DNA of 64,000 nucleotides from Coriobacteriia bacterium (GTDB lineage Bacteria; Actinomycetota; Coriobacteriia; WRKU01): the NCBI GenBank assembly GCA_009777935.1, contig WRKU01000002.1:11205-75204 (forward strand). The letters are read 5' to 3'. Made by a program: the position numbers and the translations under genes. The notes beneath the pieces are model-generated. The model was not told the DNA's origin. It searched no databases and saw only the letters and a list, made by a program, of their open reading frames with translations. The first letter of the stretch is position 1. Every line of letters begins with the position of its first letter. Below are positions 1 through 9,521 of the stretch, one piece after another.

Positions 1-330
1 CCGGATGTCATGGGAGCATTGCGTGAGGTGTATCGCATCCTCAAACCCGGTGGGTTTGTCCTCTGCACCATGCCAACCATCAGTCAGATTAGTCCTTACG
101 ATATGGAACGTTGGGGGGAGTATTGGCGCTTCACTTCGTTGGGTGCACGTGAACTTTTCGCGCGCGTGTTTGAGCCGAAAACCATAGATGTTTGTGCATA
201 TGGAAACATTTTTGCGGCAACTTGTTCTCTGCAGGGAATAGTCGCCGAACGAGTACCGCAGTATAAATTAGATATACATGATCCTGAATACGAACTCAAT
301 GTCTGTTTGCGTGCGCAAAAACTGAAGTAA
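1..330 (+). CDS. Class I SAM-dependent methyltransferase, C-terminal fragment (5' end lies outside the window)
   Basis: In-frame from nt 1. The 'VYRILKPGGFVL' segment matches the post-motif region of the SAM-MTase fold. Stop at 328-330. Confidence 0.5.
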   Translation, partial: PDVMGALREVYRILKPGGFVLCTMPTISQISPYDMERWGEYWRFTSLGARELFARVFEPKTIDVCAYGNIFAATCSLQGIVAERVPQYKLDIHDPEYELNVCLRAQKLK

Positions 331-331
331 C

Positions 332-1849
332 ATGCGTCCCGAAACTCGACTTCTGATAAAAAATACGGGATTTAATGCCGTTGCCAAAGTAATCGCGGTC
401 GTGGTTTCTTTTGCGCTTACTCCCTGGTTACTTCGAGGTTTTGGAGAGGAGCTTTATGGCGCATGGGCTCTTTCGTTGGCAATCGTTGCGTTTGCAATCG
501 CTTTTGACTTAGGTATCAATACAATACTTACCGCTCATCTTGCTCAGGCAATCGAACGCAAAGATAGACAGAAAGTGCTCGATGAAGTACGTGCCGCCGC
601 GGTCATCTATGGCGTACTTGGCATTGTGTGCGCAGGAACGCTCGCGGTACTTGCTTTTCAAGCAGAGCATATCTTCGCCCTTTCCGGTGCAGTTGCCTAT
701 TCTTTTAAGTGGATTATGCTCATCAATGCGGCAGCTCAGGCCATATACTGGCCTTGTTCGGTGGCTTCGATAGTGTTGGTGGCGTTCCGGCGCAACGATA
801 TTACCGCTGCCATCATGAGCCTTCAGACCTTGGTGGGTGCGGCAGCACTTATTTTTGTTGTGTTTATGAATAAGGGCCCGGTTGTATTGGCGGGGTTGAC
901 TAGCCTCTTAATCGTATGTTCCGGTGCAGGTTCGGTTGTTCTTGCGTGGCATGTGTTTCGGCGTAATTTGCCGACTGTCGTGACAACGCAACAACCGCTG
1001 GTACTTGGTACTGCCGTGCGATTTCTGCTGGTTGCTTCTTTGCCCATGTTTGTTATTCAGCTCACCACGCTTGCAACTCTCGATCAAGTGGACAAGATTG
1101 CCCTTGGTGTAATGGTAGGTGGTGTCGCTGTTGCAGTATATGAAATAGGAGCCAGGTTTTCAGGAGTCATTTCCCAAGGAATTTCGTTAGCACTTTCTGC
1201 GACACTTCCTCATGTGGTAACTATTCATGAAGAGTCGTCACCTCAGCGCTCACAATCCTTTTTTCTTAACGGTACACGTTTGCTCACGACTATGTTGTTA
1301 CCCGTTATCGTCATGTTGATATGTGTTGCAGGTGCTTTGATACCGGCGTGGGTTGGTGAGGGCTATCAAAGCTCTGTTGAGGTTATGCGTATACTTTTGT
1401 TTTCGCAAATGTTACTGCCGTTTTATGCGGTAGGAAACTGGTTTCTCGTCGCCTATAAACGCTTTCGATATTGGATTTTCGTGAGCATAGTGATAGCAGT
1501 AAGCAACATTATCCTTACTATTGTGCTTATTTCCTCGATAGGCATTGTAGGGGCTGCTCTTGCAACTCTTGTGATTAGCGTTATGGACGCGCTTCTCATC
1601 GGTCTATACATCATGAAAGTACTGGACATCCGCTACCGTCCTTTTTTGCGACAGGTGTTTTGGCCAACGGTTCCGGCTCTGCTCGTTATACCGTTTCTGT
1701 GGCTGTTGTTACGCACCTATGCGTACAGTGATGGCCTCGTTTCTGTCGGCGTAGCAGGTGCGGTACTGCTCGTTGGTTTTGGCGGCATCTACTATGGGCT
1801 TATGAAGGCAGGGGCTGTTTGCGCTAGGATGAACTTATGGCACAAGTAG
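332..1849 (+). CDS. Polysaccharide/oligosaccharide flippase (Wzx-like, MOP superfamily)
   Basis: 505 aa, about 12-14 hydrophobic helices, architecture typical of O-unit flippases. Immediately followed by glycosyltransferase genes. Confidence 0.7.
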   Translation: MRPETRLLIKNTGFNAVAKVIAVVVSFALTPWLLRGFGEELYGAWALSLAIVAFAIAFDLGINTILTAHLAQAIERKDRQKVLDEVRAAAVIYGVLGIVCAGTLAVLAFQAEHIFALSGAVAYSFKWIMLINAAAQAIYWPCSVASIVLVAFRRNDITAAIMSLQTLVGAAALIFVVFMNKGPVVLAGLTSLLIVCSGAGSVVLAWHVFRRNLPTVVTTQQPLVLGTAVRFLLVASLPMFVIQLTTLATLDQVDKIALGVMVGGVAVAVYEIGARFSGVISQGISLALSATLPHVVTIHEESSPQRSQSFFLNGTRLLTTMLLPVIVMLICVAGALIPAWVGEGYQSSVEVMRILLFSQMLLPFYAVGNWFLVAYKRFRYWIFVSIVIAVSNIILTIVLISSIGIVGAALATLVISVMDALLIGLYIMKVLDIRYRPFLRQVFWPTVPALLVIPFLWLLLRTYAYSDGLVSVGVAGAVLLVGFGGIYYGLMKAGAVCARMNLWHK

Positions 1850-2643
1850 TTGAAAATCGTCCCTTGATATCGGTTATTACGGTGTGCAAGAATGCCGAAC
1901 GTACCATCGAAAGAGCATTTTATTCACTACAACGGCAAACCGATGACGGAACCGATAGTGGTCTACTGTTTGCAGACTTTGAGCATATAATTGTTGATGG
2001 GGCCTCTACCGATAGCACGAAGAGACTTATTGAACAATATAGCGAAACAGCCCAGTTTCCCGTCACCATAATCTCCGAACCCGATCAGGGGATTTACGAT
2101 GCGATGAACAAGGGATTAGCGTGTGCAAAAGGGCTGTATACCGTATTTTTGAATGCTGATGATGTCTTTACCCAAAATGCATTCGTAACGGTGGCTGATT
2201 ATGCAAAAGAATTGCCCGATTGCATCGGCGGAGACTGCGATATCGTGGACAGGAACGGCAATGCATATCTGAGAAAGTGTTTGCCGTCCATGATATCCGA
2301 GCGATATCCGCAGATCATGCCTGCCCAACACCAAGCATGGTATGTGAAGACTGATACCTTACAGATGGCGGGAGGATTTGACCAGACGTTCCCTATTGCG
2401 GCAGACTATGAATTAGCTCTGCGATTAATTGAGGATAAGGTCTCTTGGATGTTTGTGCCCCATACTGTCGCACGGTTTTATCTGGGAGGCGTAAGTTTTC
2501 AGCTTGCGCGTACGGCATGGGATTGTTTTCGGGTTCGCCGAGCGCGCAGATGGCCAATCGTTTTTGCTTCACGTCTGCTAATTTGTAACATAGTGGCATC
2601 GTATGTCAGTCGTGTGTGCGGCTATTTTGGATGGGCTCGATGA
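1837..2643 (+). CDS. Glycosyltransferase family 2
   Basis: N-terminal 'ISVITVCKNAERTIERAF...VDGASTDSTKRL...DQGIYDAMNKG' GT2 (GT-A) signature. Overlaps the flippase stop. Confidence 0.8.
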   Translation: MAQVVENRPLISVITVCKNAERTIERAFYSLQRQTDDGTDSGLLFADFEHIIVDGASTDSTKRLIEQYSETAQFPVTIISEPDQGIYDAMNKGLACAKGLYTVFLNADDVFTQNAFVTVADYAKELPDCIGGDCDIVDRNGNAYLRKCLPSMISERYPQIMPAQHQAWYVKTDTLQMAGGFDQTFPIAADYELALRLIEDKVSWMFVPHTVARFYLGGVSFQLARTAWDCFRVRRARRWPIVFASRLLICNIVASYVSRVCGYFGWAR

Positions 2644-3746
2644 CGGTCCGTGTCACATATGACTATCAGGCGTTTTCGATGCAGAAGGTTGGCGGCATCT
2701 CGCGCTATGTTGCTGAAGTTACGCATGCGCTTAAGGGGCGTTCGGGTATCGAACCTGGAGTTCCGGTTCGGTACGCCGACAATCGATATCTCGTTGAAGT
2801 CTTAAATATCCGACCGCACACCTTGTTTCATCGATATCGCGGTCGCGGATGTCGTTACGTTATGTCCTTTGGCGATTATTTCAATAAAAAGTTGGCCCTA
2901 CGTGCGCTCGAAACGATTAGCGAACCAGTGTACCATCCCACCTATTACGACCCTTACTTGTTGCCACATCTCAATCAGACACCTTTTGTTATTACAGTGC
3001 ATGATATGATTCATGAGCTTTTCCCAGATGAAGTAGCAGATCCGTGGGTTGCTCTTCATAAGGCGGTTATGATTGAACAAGCAGACCACATAATCGCGGT
3101 GAGCGAATCAACCAAGCGCGATCTCCTACAGTTTTATCCTGAGTCTGCAGGGAAGGTGACCGTCATACATCATGGAGCGAGCTTTATGCGTCGCGAGAAC
3201 AATATCGAGCCTCTTGTATCAGGGCCATATTTACTGTTTGTGGGGAGTAGAGGAGCATACAAAAACTTCAAGATGACCGTTGAAGCATATGTGCAACTAG
3301 GGGGTGAGCACCCGGATCTTTCGCTGGTATGCGCCGGTGGGGGGATATTCACCCAAGACGAACAGTATATGCTTGATGCGCGAGGCATCAGCAGTCGTGT
3401 TTATCAAATCTCTGCGACCGATACGCAGCTCGAAAGTCTTTATGCTCATGCGGCAGCATTCGTTTTTCCTTCTCACTATGAAGGTTTTGGCCTGCCCATA
3501 CTCGAAGCTATGGCGTGTGGCGCTCCCTGTGCATTGAGCAACACGAGTTCACTGCCGGAAGTCGGCGGTGATGCAGCATGTTACTTTGATCCCTGTGACG
3601 CGGATGCGCAGGCGAGAATACTTGCAGATATTTTGAGTGATAATACGCTCGCATCTGATATGCGCCATGCAGGATTTAAGCGGGCAGCAAGTTTTACCTG
3701 GGAAAAGTCAGCACGTCAGCACGAAGAGGTGTACCTCGCATTATGA
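2640..3746 (+). CDS. Glycosyltransferase family 4 (GT1 superfamily, GT-B fold)
   Basis: C-terminal 'EGFGLPILEAMACGAPCALSNTSSLPEVGGDAACYFDP' motif typical of GT4. ATGA start/stop overlap with the upstream gene at 2640. Confidence 0.8.
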   Translation: MTVRVTYDYQAFSMQKVGGISRYVAEVTHALKGRSGIEPGVPVRYADNRYLVEVLNIRPHTLFHRYRGRGCRYVMSFGDYFNKKLALRALETISEPVYHPTYYDPYLLPHLNQTPFVITVHDMIHELFPDEVADPWVALHKAVMIEQADHIIAVSESTKRDLLQFYPESAGKVTVIHHGASFMRRENNIEPLVSGPYLLFVGSRGAYKNFKMTVEAYVQLGGEHPDLSLVCAGGGIFTQDEQYMLDARGISSRVYQISATDTQLESLYAHAAAFVFPSHYEGFGLPILEAMACGAPCALSNTSSLPEVGGDAACYFDPCDADAQARILADILSDNTLASDMRHAGFKRAASFTWEKSARQHEEVYLAL

Positions 3747-4576
3747 GAGAGCGACTCCCACAACAACCGACACTATTTTTGGTAACAGCATGTCTGAACG
3801 CAGAGGCAACTATTAGTGATACGTTTGCCGTTCTCGAAGAACAGGCTGTCGAATGGGCGCACTATTTTGTGATAGACGGTGCTTCGACTGACGGAACCGT
3901 TGAGCTGGCACATCGGTTTGCTGAGGAACAAGGCGGTCGCGTCACCGTTATCTCCGAACCCGATACCGGCATCTATAGCGCCATGAACAAAGGTGTACGA
4001 CTGGCGTTAAGGCGAGCGGCTGATGACGACCTGATAGCGATTATCAACGCTGACGACTACTACGTATCGGGTGCGTTGCACACGGTGCGCGCGGCTGCAG
4101 CGCGTCATCCTGAGGTTGACATATTCTATGGCGACTGCGAACTGCTCGATGAGTGTGGAGTTTCTCGGAGACAGCGGCGCACATCAGAGCCACGCTTACC
4201 CGTGACCCCGACGTGCTTCACGATGCCTCTCGAGCATCCCACCATGTTCATGCGTGCACATGTGTATAACACGTTCGGTCTTTACGACGAATCGTATCGC
4301 ATAGCGGCAGACTACGAGTTTGTATTGCGCCTTATCGTTGCGCAGACATCGACACTTTACCTCGCCGAGCCGATAACGTATTTTCGTGAAGGTGGCATCT
4401 CGACGACGAAGATTAACGAGAGCCTCAGGGAGGCCATACGTGCCCGGATTGCGCATGGTGCGAATCCGGTGTATGAGTGGGCACGGTATGCAAAACAAAA
4501 ATTTAACGAGCAACTGTTTGCTGTTTTACGCGTCGTTCCGGGCGTGGAATGTATCTACACTGAACGATACAGGTAA
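3743..4576 (+). CDS. Glycosyltransferase family 2
   Basis: 'LFLVTACLNAEATISDTF...IDGASTDGTVELAHRF...DTGIYSAMNKG' GT2 signature. ATGA overlap with the upstream gene. Confidence 0.8.
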   Translation: MRERLPQQPTLFLVTACLNAEATISDTFAVLEEQAVEWAHYFVIDGASTDGTVELAHRFAEEQGGRVTVISEPDTGIYSAMNKGVRLALRRAADDDLIAIINADDYYVSGALHTVRAAAARHPEVDIFYGDCELLDECGVSRRQRRTSEPRLPVTPTCFTMPLEHPTMFMRAHVYNTFGLYDESYRIAADYEFVLRLIVAQTSTLYLAEPITYFREGGISTTKINESLREAIRARIAHGANPVYEWARYAKQKFNEQLFAVLRVVPGVECIYTERYR

Positions 4577-4625
4577 CCCATCTTGTGACATGCCGTGATG
4601 GGCACTATGTGCCTTAAAACCGTGT

Positions 4626-4631
4626 TATAAT
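4626..4631 (+). promoter_or_regulatory. Putative -10 box (TATAAT) with conserved downstream leader 'ATATCTGAGACGAAAGG' ahead of paralog A
   Basis: TATAAT sits 30 nt upstream of the ATG at 4661. A GAAAGGGA ribosome-binding site follows. The same leader motif recurs upstream of 13668. Confidence 0.35.
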
Positions 4632-4660
4632 CGAGCATATCTGAGACGAAAGGGATATTC

Positions 4661-5536
4661 ATGACGAAAAAACTCGTCACACGAGTCGCTATGCTTGTCG
4701 GCGCAGGTATTATGGCGTTCGGGCTGGCAGGGATTGCCGTTGCCACGACGCCAGCTGAACTCTCCGAGATGCAGTACGTCGTTGCTGAGAACACGGAAGT
4801 AGGAACCAGTCTCATGACTGTGTATGGCTTTCTGCCAGACGATACCTCACTTCCGGCAACTGCACATTTCTACGCACCTTCTGACTTCTTGCTTGTCAAT
4901 GTTTTTGGGTTAACGCTTGAGGAAGATTCACGGGAAGTTGTGGTGTCGCATACGGCGACCGAGGAGGACAACGGCTTCACGCGCTATGACGTTGTTTTTA
5001 CTGAGAGCACCATGTTTATAGCGAGTTTTGTGCTTGACGCAAAGATATATGACACGACAGTGATGGGCGGTCCAAGTGCTGCTCCCATCGCTGAACTTGA
5101 GGTCCTTCCTCCAAATGACCTTGAGCTTCTTACGATTGGGTTTGTCGCTCCTGAGGGCTATGCAGGCGTGGGTCAAGGGGTGACTCAGCTGGGAACCGAT
5201 TATGATGGCAACGAAATCTACGGAATTGATTACACCAATGTTCCGGGTGATGAGGTCATTGTGGCGGTCGTCGCCTTTGGTCAACAGTTCGAACAAGTGG
5301 AGTTTAATGCAGAGAACGTAGCGTTGGCGACAGTGTGGTACGAAGAGCCGTTCACGTGGATTATGGGCGCGCTCATATTTGCTGCGGCAGGTCTTGCCGT
5401 TGTCCTCTACCTGATACTTACCTGCAAAGGCCCGTTTGCCTCACGTAGTGACGTAGGAACCCACGATGTGCAAGATTCCGATACACCAGCTAACACCGAC
5501 ACAACAACTTCCGATGAAGAAGCTTCAGCGCGTTAA
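4661..5536 (+). CDS. Uncharacterised surface protein, paralog A (N-terminal signal peptide, about 230-aa ectodomain, C-terminal TM anchor and acidic tail)
   Basis: Hydrophobic N-terminus, single C-terminal helix 'WIMGALIFAAAGLAVVLYLIL'. Shares a 'L.IGF.APEG..G.G' block with the proteins at 13668 and 14541. Confidence 0.55.
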   Translation: MTKKLVTRVAMLVGAGIMAFGLAGIAVATTPAELSEMQYVVAENTEVGTSLMTVYGFLPDDTSLPATAHFYAPSDFLLVNVFGLTLEEDSREVVVSHTATEEDNGFTRYDVVFTESTMFIASFVLDAKIYDTTVMGGPSAAPIAELEVLPPNDLELLTIGFVAPEGYAGVGQGVTQLGTDYDGNEIYGIDYTNVPGDEVIVAVVAFGQQFEQVEFNAENVALATVWYEEPFTWIMGALIFAAAGLAVVLYLILTCKGPFASRSDVGTHDVQDSDTPANTDTTTSDEEASAR

Positions 5537-5582
5537 GGATAGTATTCGACGTCGGTTAGCTGAGGATGACGCTCGGCCCCCG

Positions 5583-6527
5583 ATGACCACAGAGGACGCT
5601 AAGCGCCTTACTAAACGCTTGGCACCGTGGGTATTTCTGGCGGTGGTATTTCTGCTCTTGCTGCCCGGCGCCGTTGCGACGGTCTGGGTTCCCGCGTGTA
5701 GCTCGTGCCATGTTACCGTTGCTGAAGCAACGGCCGAGAGAGCACACGTCGATATGGCCTGCACCGACTGTCATAATACCGGAGGACGTCTCGCATACCG
5801 ACAAATCGTTATGTATAGCATGGTAACAAGGCTTGCCAATCCTTCAAATCTCGGTGCGGCAAACGTGTCTGATGAAACATGTCTCACCTGTCATGAAACG
5901 GACGTCACGCGCGGCACTACGCTGTCAAATGGCATCAATATCAGACATTCGGCATGCGCAGCAACCCTCGCATGCACAGTATGCCACTCGACGGCCGGTC
6001 ACTCGACGCCCGGCCTCCAGTATCAATACTCGATGGATCAGTGTCTCTGGTGTCATACCGACCAAATGGTCGATGCCGCCAACGAGGAAAGCTGCTACCT
6101 CTGTCATGATGGACGGTATCGATCGGTCATACCGAATAACACCTCGGCTTTTCGTATCACCCATAATGAGAACTGGCTTCGAACACACGGGCTTGGCGAT
6201 ATGAACTCTTGCCGGAGTTGCCACACAACGGAAACCTTCTGTGGCAGATGCCACGGACCACTAGTACCCCATCCTCCGACCATCCTTATGCGACATTCAG
6301 AGCCGGCGCGTGATCCGAACAATAAGTGCGACAGTTGCCATCCACAGTCGTTCTGTGACGATTGTCATGGCATGGAAATACCACATCCTGAGCGGTTCCT
6401 CCAAGAACACGCTGCCATCACCAACGAGCTTGGCGAGGACGCCTGTTATGGCTGTCATCTCACGAGCGATTGTCTGCGGTGCCATATGGCGCACATTCAT
6501 CCGGGTTGGGGGGTGTTCACGCGCTGA
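5583..6527 (+). CDS. Membrane-anchored multiheme cytochrome c with 12 CXXCH motifs (NapC/NirT-like N-terminal anchor)
   Basis: CSSCH, CTDCH, CLTCH, CTVCH, CLWCH, CYLCH, CRSCH, CGRCH, CDSCH, CDDCH, CYGCH and CLRCH were counted directly. N-terminal helix 'WVFLAVVFLLLLPGAV'. The start is uncertain: the ORF opens at 5466, with alternative ATGs at 5514 and 5583. 5583 is chosen because it lies just after the upstream stop at 5536. Confidence 0.75.
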   Translation: MTTEDAKRLTKRLAPWVFLAVVFLLLLPGAVATVWVPACSSCHVTVAEATAERAHVDMACTDCHNTGGRLAYRQIVMYSMVTRLANPSNLGAANVSDETCLTCHETDVTRGTTLSNGINIRHSACAATLACTVCHSTAGHSTPGLQYQYSMDQCLWCHTDQMVDAANEESCYLCHDGRYRSVIPNNTSAFRITHNENWLRTHGLGDMNSCRSCHTTETFCGRCHGPLVPHPPTILMRHSEPARDPNNKCDSCHPQSFCDDCHGMEIPHPERFLQEHAAITNELGEDACYGCHLTSDCLRCHMAHIHPGWGVFTR

Positions 6528-7735
6528 TGCAAGACTTTATCGATACCCTTTGGCAGATTGTCAACGTTCCCGTGCACGAAGACTCCTTTGCACAGCGGCT
6601 TGACTATCTGGCCGGTGTCATACGAAATCCGCAATCCGATGTTCCAGTTGCCATTCTGCTTTTTGCGATAGCATCACTTATTATTCTGGTAATCTTTTCT
6701 ATTGTTTTGTTAATAGTCTTAAGACTTGCGCACTCAGAGCCGACGTACGCGCTCGTTGACGCCGAGGGTAATCCTATTCGCGAGATATCGGCCGAAGAAG
6801 CTGAGAAGCGTCTCAAAGGGTCACCACTTGAAAAGGTGCAACGAACAACACGTGAGATACTCGATAAGACGGCGGCAAAGATTGCTATCAACATTATCAT
6901 ATGGGTTGGTATCGCACTCATTGTGGCGGCAATTACGGGGACGGCGACACGCTCGAATACGTTTTGTAACTCGTGCCATGAGGAAAACAATCATTCGCAA
7001 ATGCTTGCAGGCACTGCTCATGCAAATGTACTCTGCGTCGACTGCCACGAGACTGGAGGGATGGTGCAGTCTTTCACGGTGAACGTGCCAGGACGACTCG
7101 TTCATACTGCAGCGGGCTTTTTCTGGCAGTCGGGTGTGAACTACGCGTTCTTCCCGCGCGAATCGTGCTTCCGGTGTCATCCGCGTGAGAGTCTTGCTGA
7201 GACGATAATAGTCGACAACATTGCGATGCAACATGAGCCGCCCCTAGAGGCAGGGCTTACCTGTATTCAGTGCCACACTTTTAGTCCCTCACAGGAGTTT
7301 TCGTTTTCAACGCGAGGCATGCAAACGTGCTTGCGCTGTCATGATGGCGAGAACGTTAATCTGGACTGTGAAATATGTCACCGTCCTTCGTTAAGCGTTG
7401 TGCCGCGTACCGAACTCGATCCGGATACAACGGCTCAGGCACTACTCCAAGGTGTCGACTTCCAGCAAGGTTGTTATCGCTGTCACGACCCACGCCCGTG
7501 CGACGCATGCCATGGCTATCGTATACCACACGCCGAGGGCTACACGTTTCAGCCGCATGTCGATGATGCGCGGCGATATGGGTATCGAACGTGCTTAATA
7601 TGCCATTGGAAGGGGTCACCGACGGGTATTCCCACCTGCGATGATCCGGGATGTCATGGCAATATTTGGCAACTGATGGAGGTTCCCAACCCTTCCGGAC
7701 AAGTGCCCAGCCCCTCTTGGCGACGGCTCAGATAG
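6527..7735 (+). CDS. Membrane-bound multiheme cytochrome c with 9 CXXCH motifs plus one CX4CH, and two TM helices
   Basis: CNSCH, CVDCH, CFRCH, CIQCH, CLRCH, CEICH, CYRCH, CDACH, CLICH and CDDPGCH. TGATG overlap with the upstream cytochrome. Helices 'VAILLFAIASLIILVIFSIVLLIVL' and 'INIIIWVGIALIVAAITG'. Confidence 0.8.
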   Translation: MQDFIDTLWQIVNVPVHEDSFAQRLDYLAGVIRNPQSDVPVAILLFAIASLIILVIFSIVLLIVLRLAHSEPTYALVDAEGNPIREISAEEAEKRLKGSPLEKVQRTTREILDKTAAKIAINIIIWVGIALIVAAITGTATRSNTFCNSCHEENNHSQMLAGTAHANVLCVDCHETGGMVQSFTVNVPGRLVHTAAGFFWQSGVNYAFFPRESCFRCHPRESLAETIIVDNIAMQHEPPLEAGLTCIQCHTFSPSQEFSFSTRGMQTCLRCHDGENVNLDCEICHRPSLSVVPRTELDPDTTAQALLQGVDFQQGCYRCHDPRPCDACHGYRIPHAEGYTFQPHVDDARRYGYRTCLICHWKGSPTGIPTCDDPGCHGNIWQLMEVPNPSGQVPSPSWRRLR

Positions 7736-7736
7736 C

Positions 7737-9482
7737 GTGCTCGATTCTATGCGTAAATACGCTCTGGCGCTCTTCATGCTCGCGTGTTTTCTCGCGCCGG
7801 GCGCATTCCTCATCTTCACTGTTCCTCAACTTTACTACGCACAGATATGGTTCGTAATAACACCGCTTATCGGTTATGCGATATTCGCCGTATGTGCGCG
7901 TGGAGATACGGTCTTTTCAGAACGAGCACTTTTTATTACAACACTCATCGTTGGCGCAGCGCTCGTGCCGCTACTTGTGAACCCGCATATCTGGCAACAA
8001 ATTACGTTTGACATCTATGGCGAGATGCCGCTTATTTTGTGGCTGATGTATCCGCTTGTCTTTTTTATGGCATCGACGGTAAAGTTTGATTCGTCGGTTC
8101 GTCCGGGAATCTATGCGCTTGCGTACGTCGGCTTCTTGTTGATTGTGGTGGCCGGTGTTCAGCGTCTCATGATGGGCGATTGGTCGACGGTCTTTGGAAG
8201 TCGTGCATATTCGACGGTGGCGTTTGCCCCCATTCCCCTTTTGCTTCTTTACACGGCGAACCTCGACAAAGAGCACAAACCGGTGCATCTTGCGGCCGCT
8301 ATACTGGCTGTCGTCGGTGTTGCTTACTCTGGCGGCGCACTGGGTCTGTACACCGTCGCAGCTCTGCTGCTTCTTGCCGTGAGTTTTGCACCCGAGCTAC
8401 TGCAGATGCCGACGAAAGCTACCACATGGGCAAAACGAGGTGGGCGAGTCTTGCTGACGCTGTTTGTTACTGCTTCAGCCGTGGTTACCTTTGCGCCTGA
8501 CCTCGCACATACGATGCCCGATATTGCCGTGTTTTCCTCGAATGCGGTGGCGACGCGCATTCATCTCTGGGAGGCAGCGCAGAGGATGTTTCTCGCCGAA
8601 CCGTTATTCGGTTTTGGACCGGCTGGCTATCGATTCTCAGCGATACAGTTTTACGACCCTCAAATCTTTGAGTACACCATGACACTTGGCACCGACCCTA
8701 TTGCCTATAGCTCGCCGTCGCCGCACTCGCTTGCGTGGGAGGTGCTCACGAGGCTTGGCCTGTGGGGTGCTGTGCTTTTGACGGCTGCAGCGGTCGTGTG
8801 GGCTATTGATTTACGTGAAGCAATCCAAGAGAAAACGCGTAATAACCCGCGCATGTTGTTCGCTCTGTGTACGCTGGCCGCGCTTATGGCGCTCTTTGCG
8901 ACACCGTTTCATTTTGCGAGCGGCCTGCTCGTCGCGCTCTGTGCGGGATTGGCGATTGCGCCAACGGCGAGGGTGACAAAAGCGCGGGCTCCCCATTCTG
9001 CGCCGCAATCGTTGCGCTTCACGAATTTCTTGCCTGTCGCGCTTCTTGCGACAAACCTTATTCTGGTGCTTATCGGGGGATATGCGCTTTACGCACACAT
9101 CAATCTCCACACTCCTGACCCAACACCACAACACTATTTGGTACGGCTTGAGAATCTTCGTGCACGGGTGCCGGGCTATCCGTTTGCCGAGCGCGATTAT
9201 TATGAGATGCTCATCGTGACCGCTGGCGCACCACAGCAACAAGATGCTATCGCCGAAGAGATACTTACGCAAGCACCTTCGTATGTTTCGGGTTTTGGGC
9301 CAAATCTTGCATGGTATGCAGGGCTTATGCTCGATAACCTTGAGCGATGGGAAACAGACTCCGTGCGCTCTACGGATTCCGTCGTTATGGTACGCGCACT
9401 TCTCGATTGTGCAGCCGAAATAATGCCGTCGACCCCGGCGTATCTTGAGGCGCGCGAACGTTTGGCGGTTATGGTAGACTAA
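7737..9482 (+). CDS. O-antigen ligase / Wzy_C-domain membrane protein (candidate O-oligosaccharyltransferase or polymerase-ligase) with a C-terminal soluble extension
   Basis: At least 10 TM helices. 'HLWEAAQRMFLAEPLFGFGPAGY' resembles the conserved periplasmic loop of WaaL, PglL and Wzy_C proteins. Possible GTG start at 7737 or ATG at 7749. Confidence 0.55.
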   Translation: MLDSMRKYALALFMLACFLAPGAFLIFTVPQLYYAQIWFVITPLIGYAIFAVCARGDTVFSERALFITTLIVGAALVPLLVNPHIWQQITFDIYGEMPLILWLMYPLVFFMASTVKFDSSVRPGIYALAYVGFLLIVVAGVQRLMMGDWSTVFGSRAYSTVAFAPIPLLLLYTANLDKEHKPVHLAAAILAVVGVAYSGGALGLYTVAALLLLAVSFAPELLQMPTKATTWAKRGGRVLLTLFVTASAVVTFAPDLAHTMPDIAVFSSNAVATRIHLWEAAQRMFLAEPLFGFGPAGYRFSAIQFYDPQIFEYTMTLGTDPIAYSSPSPHSLAWEVLTRLGLWGAVLLTAAAVVWAIDLREAIQEKTRNNPRMLFALCTLAALMALFATPFHFASGLLVALCAGLAIAPTARVTKARAPHSAPQSLRFTNFLPVALLATNLILVLIGGYALYAHINLHTPDPTPQHYLVRLENLRARVPGYPFAERDYYEMLIVTAGAPQQQDAIAEEILTQAPSYVSGFGPNLAWYAGLMLDNLERWETDSVRSTDSVVMVRALLDCAAEIMPSTPAYLEARERLAVMVD

Positions 9483-9521
9483 GGGGTGTTTAGGACAGGT
9501 CTGAAGGTGAAAGGCGGCGCA

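Noticed and set aside
5466-5582. Upstream extension of the 12-heme cytochrome ORF (alternative starts at 5466 and 5514)
   Set aside because: The extension overlaps the 3' end of the preceding gene in another frame and has no ribosome-binding site. The ATG at 5583 follows the upstream stop and is preceded by a GAGGA-like element, so it was preferred, but the extension cannot be excluded.
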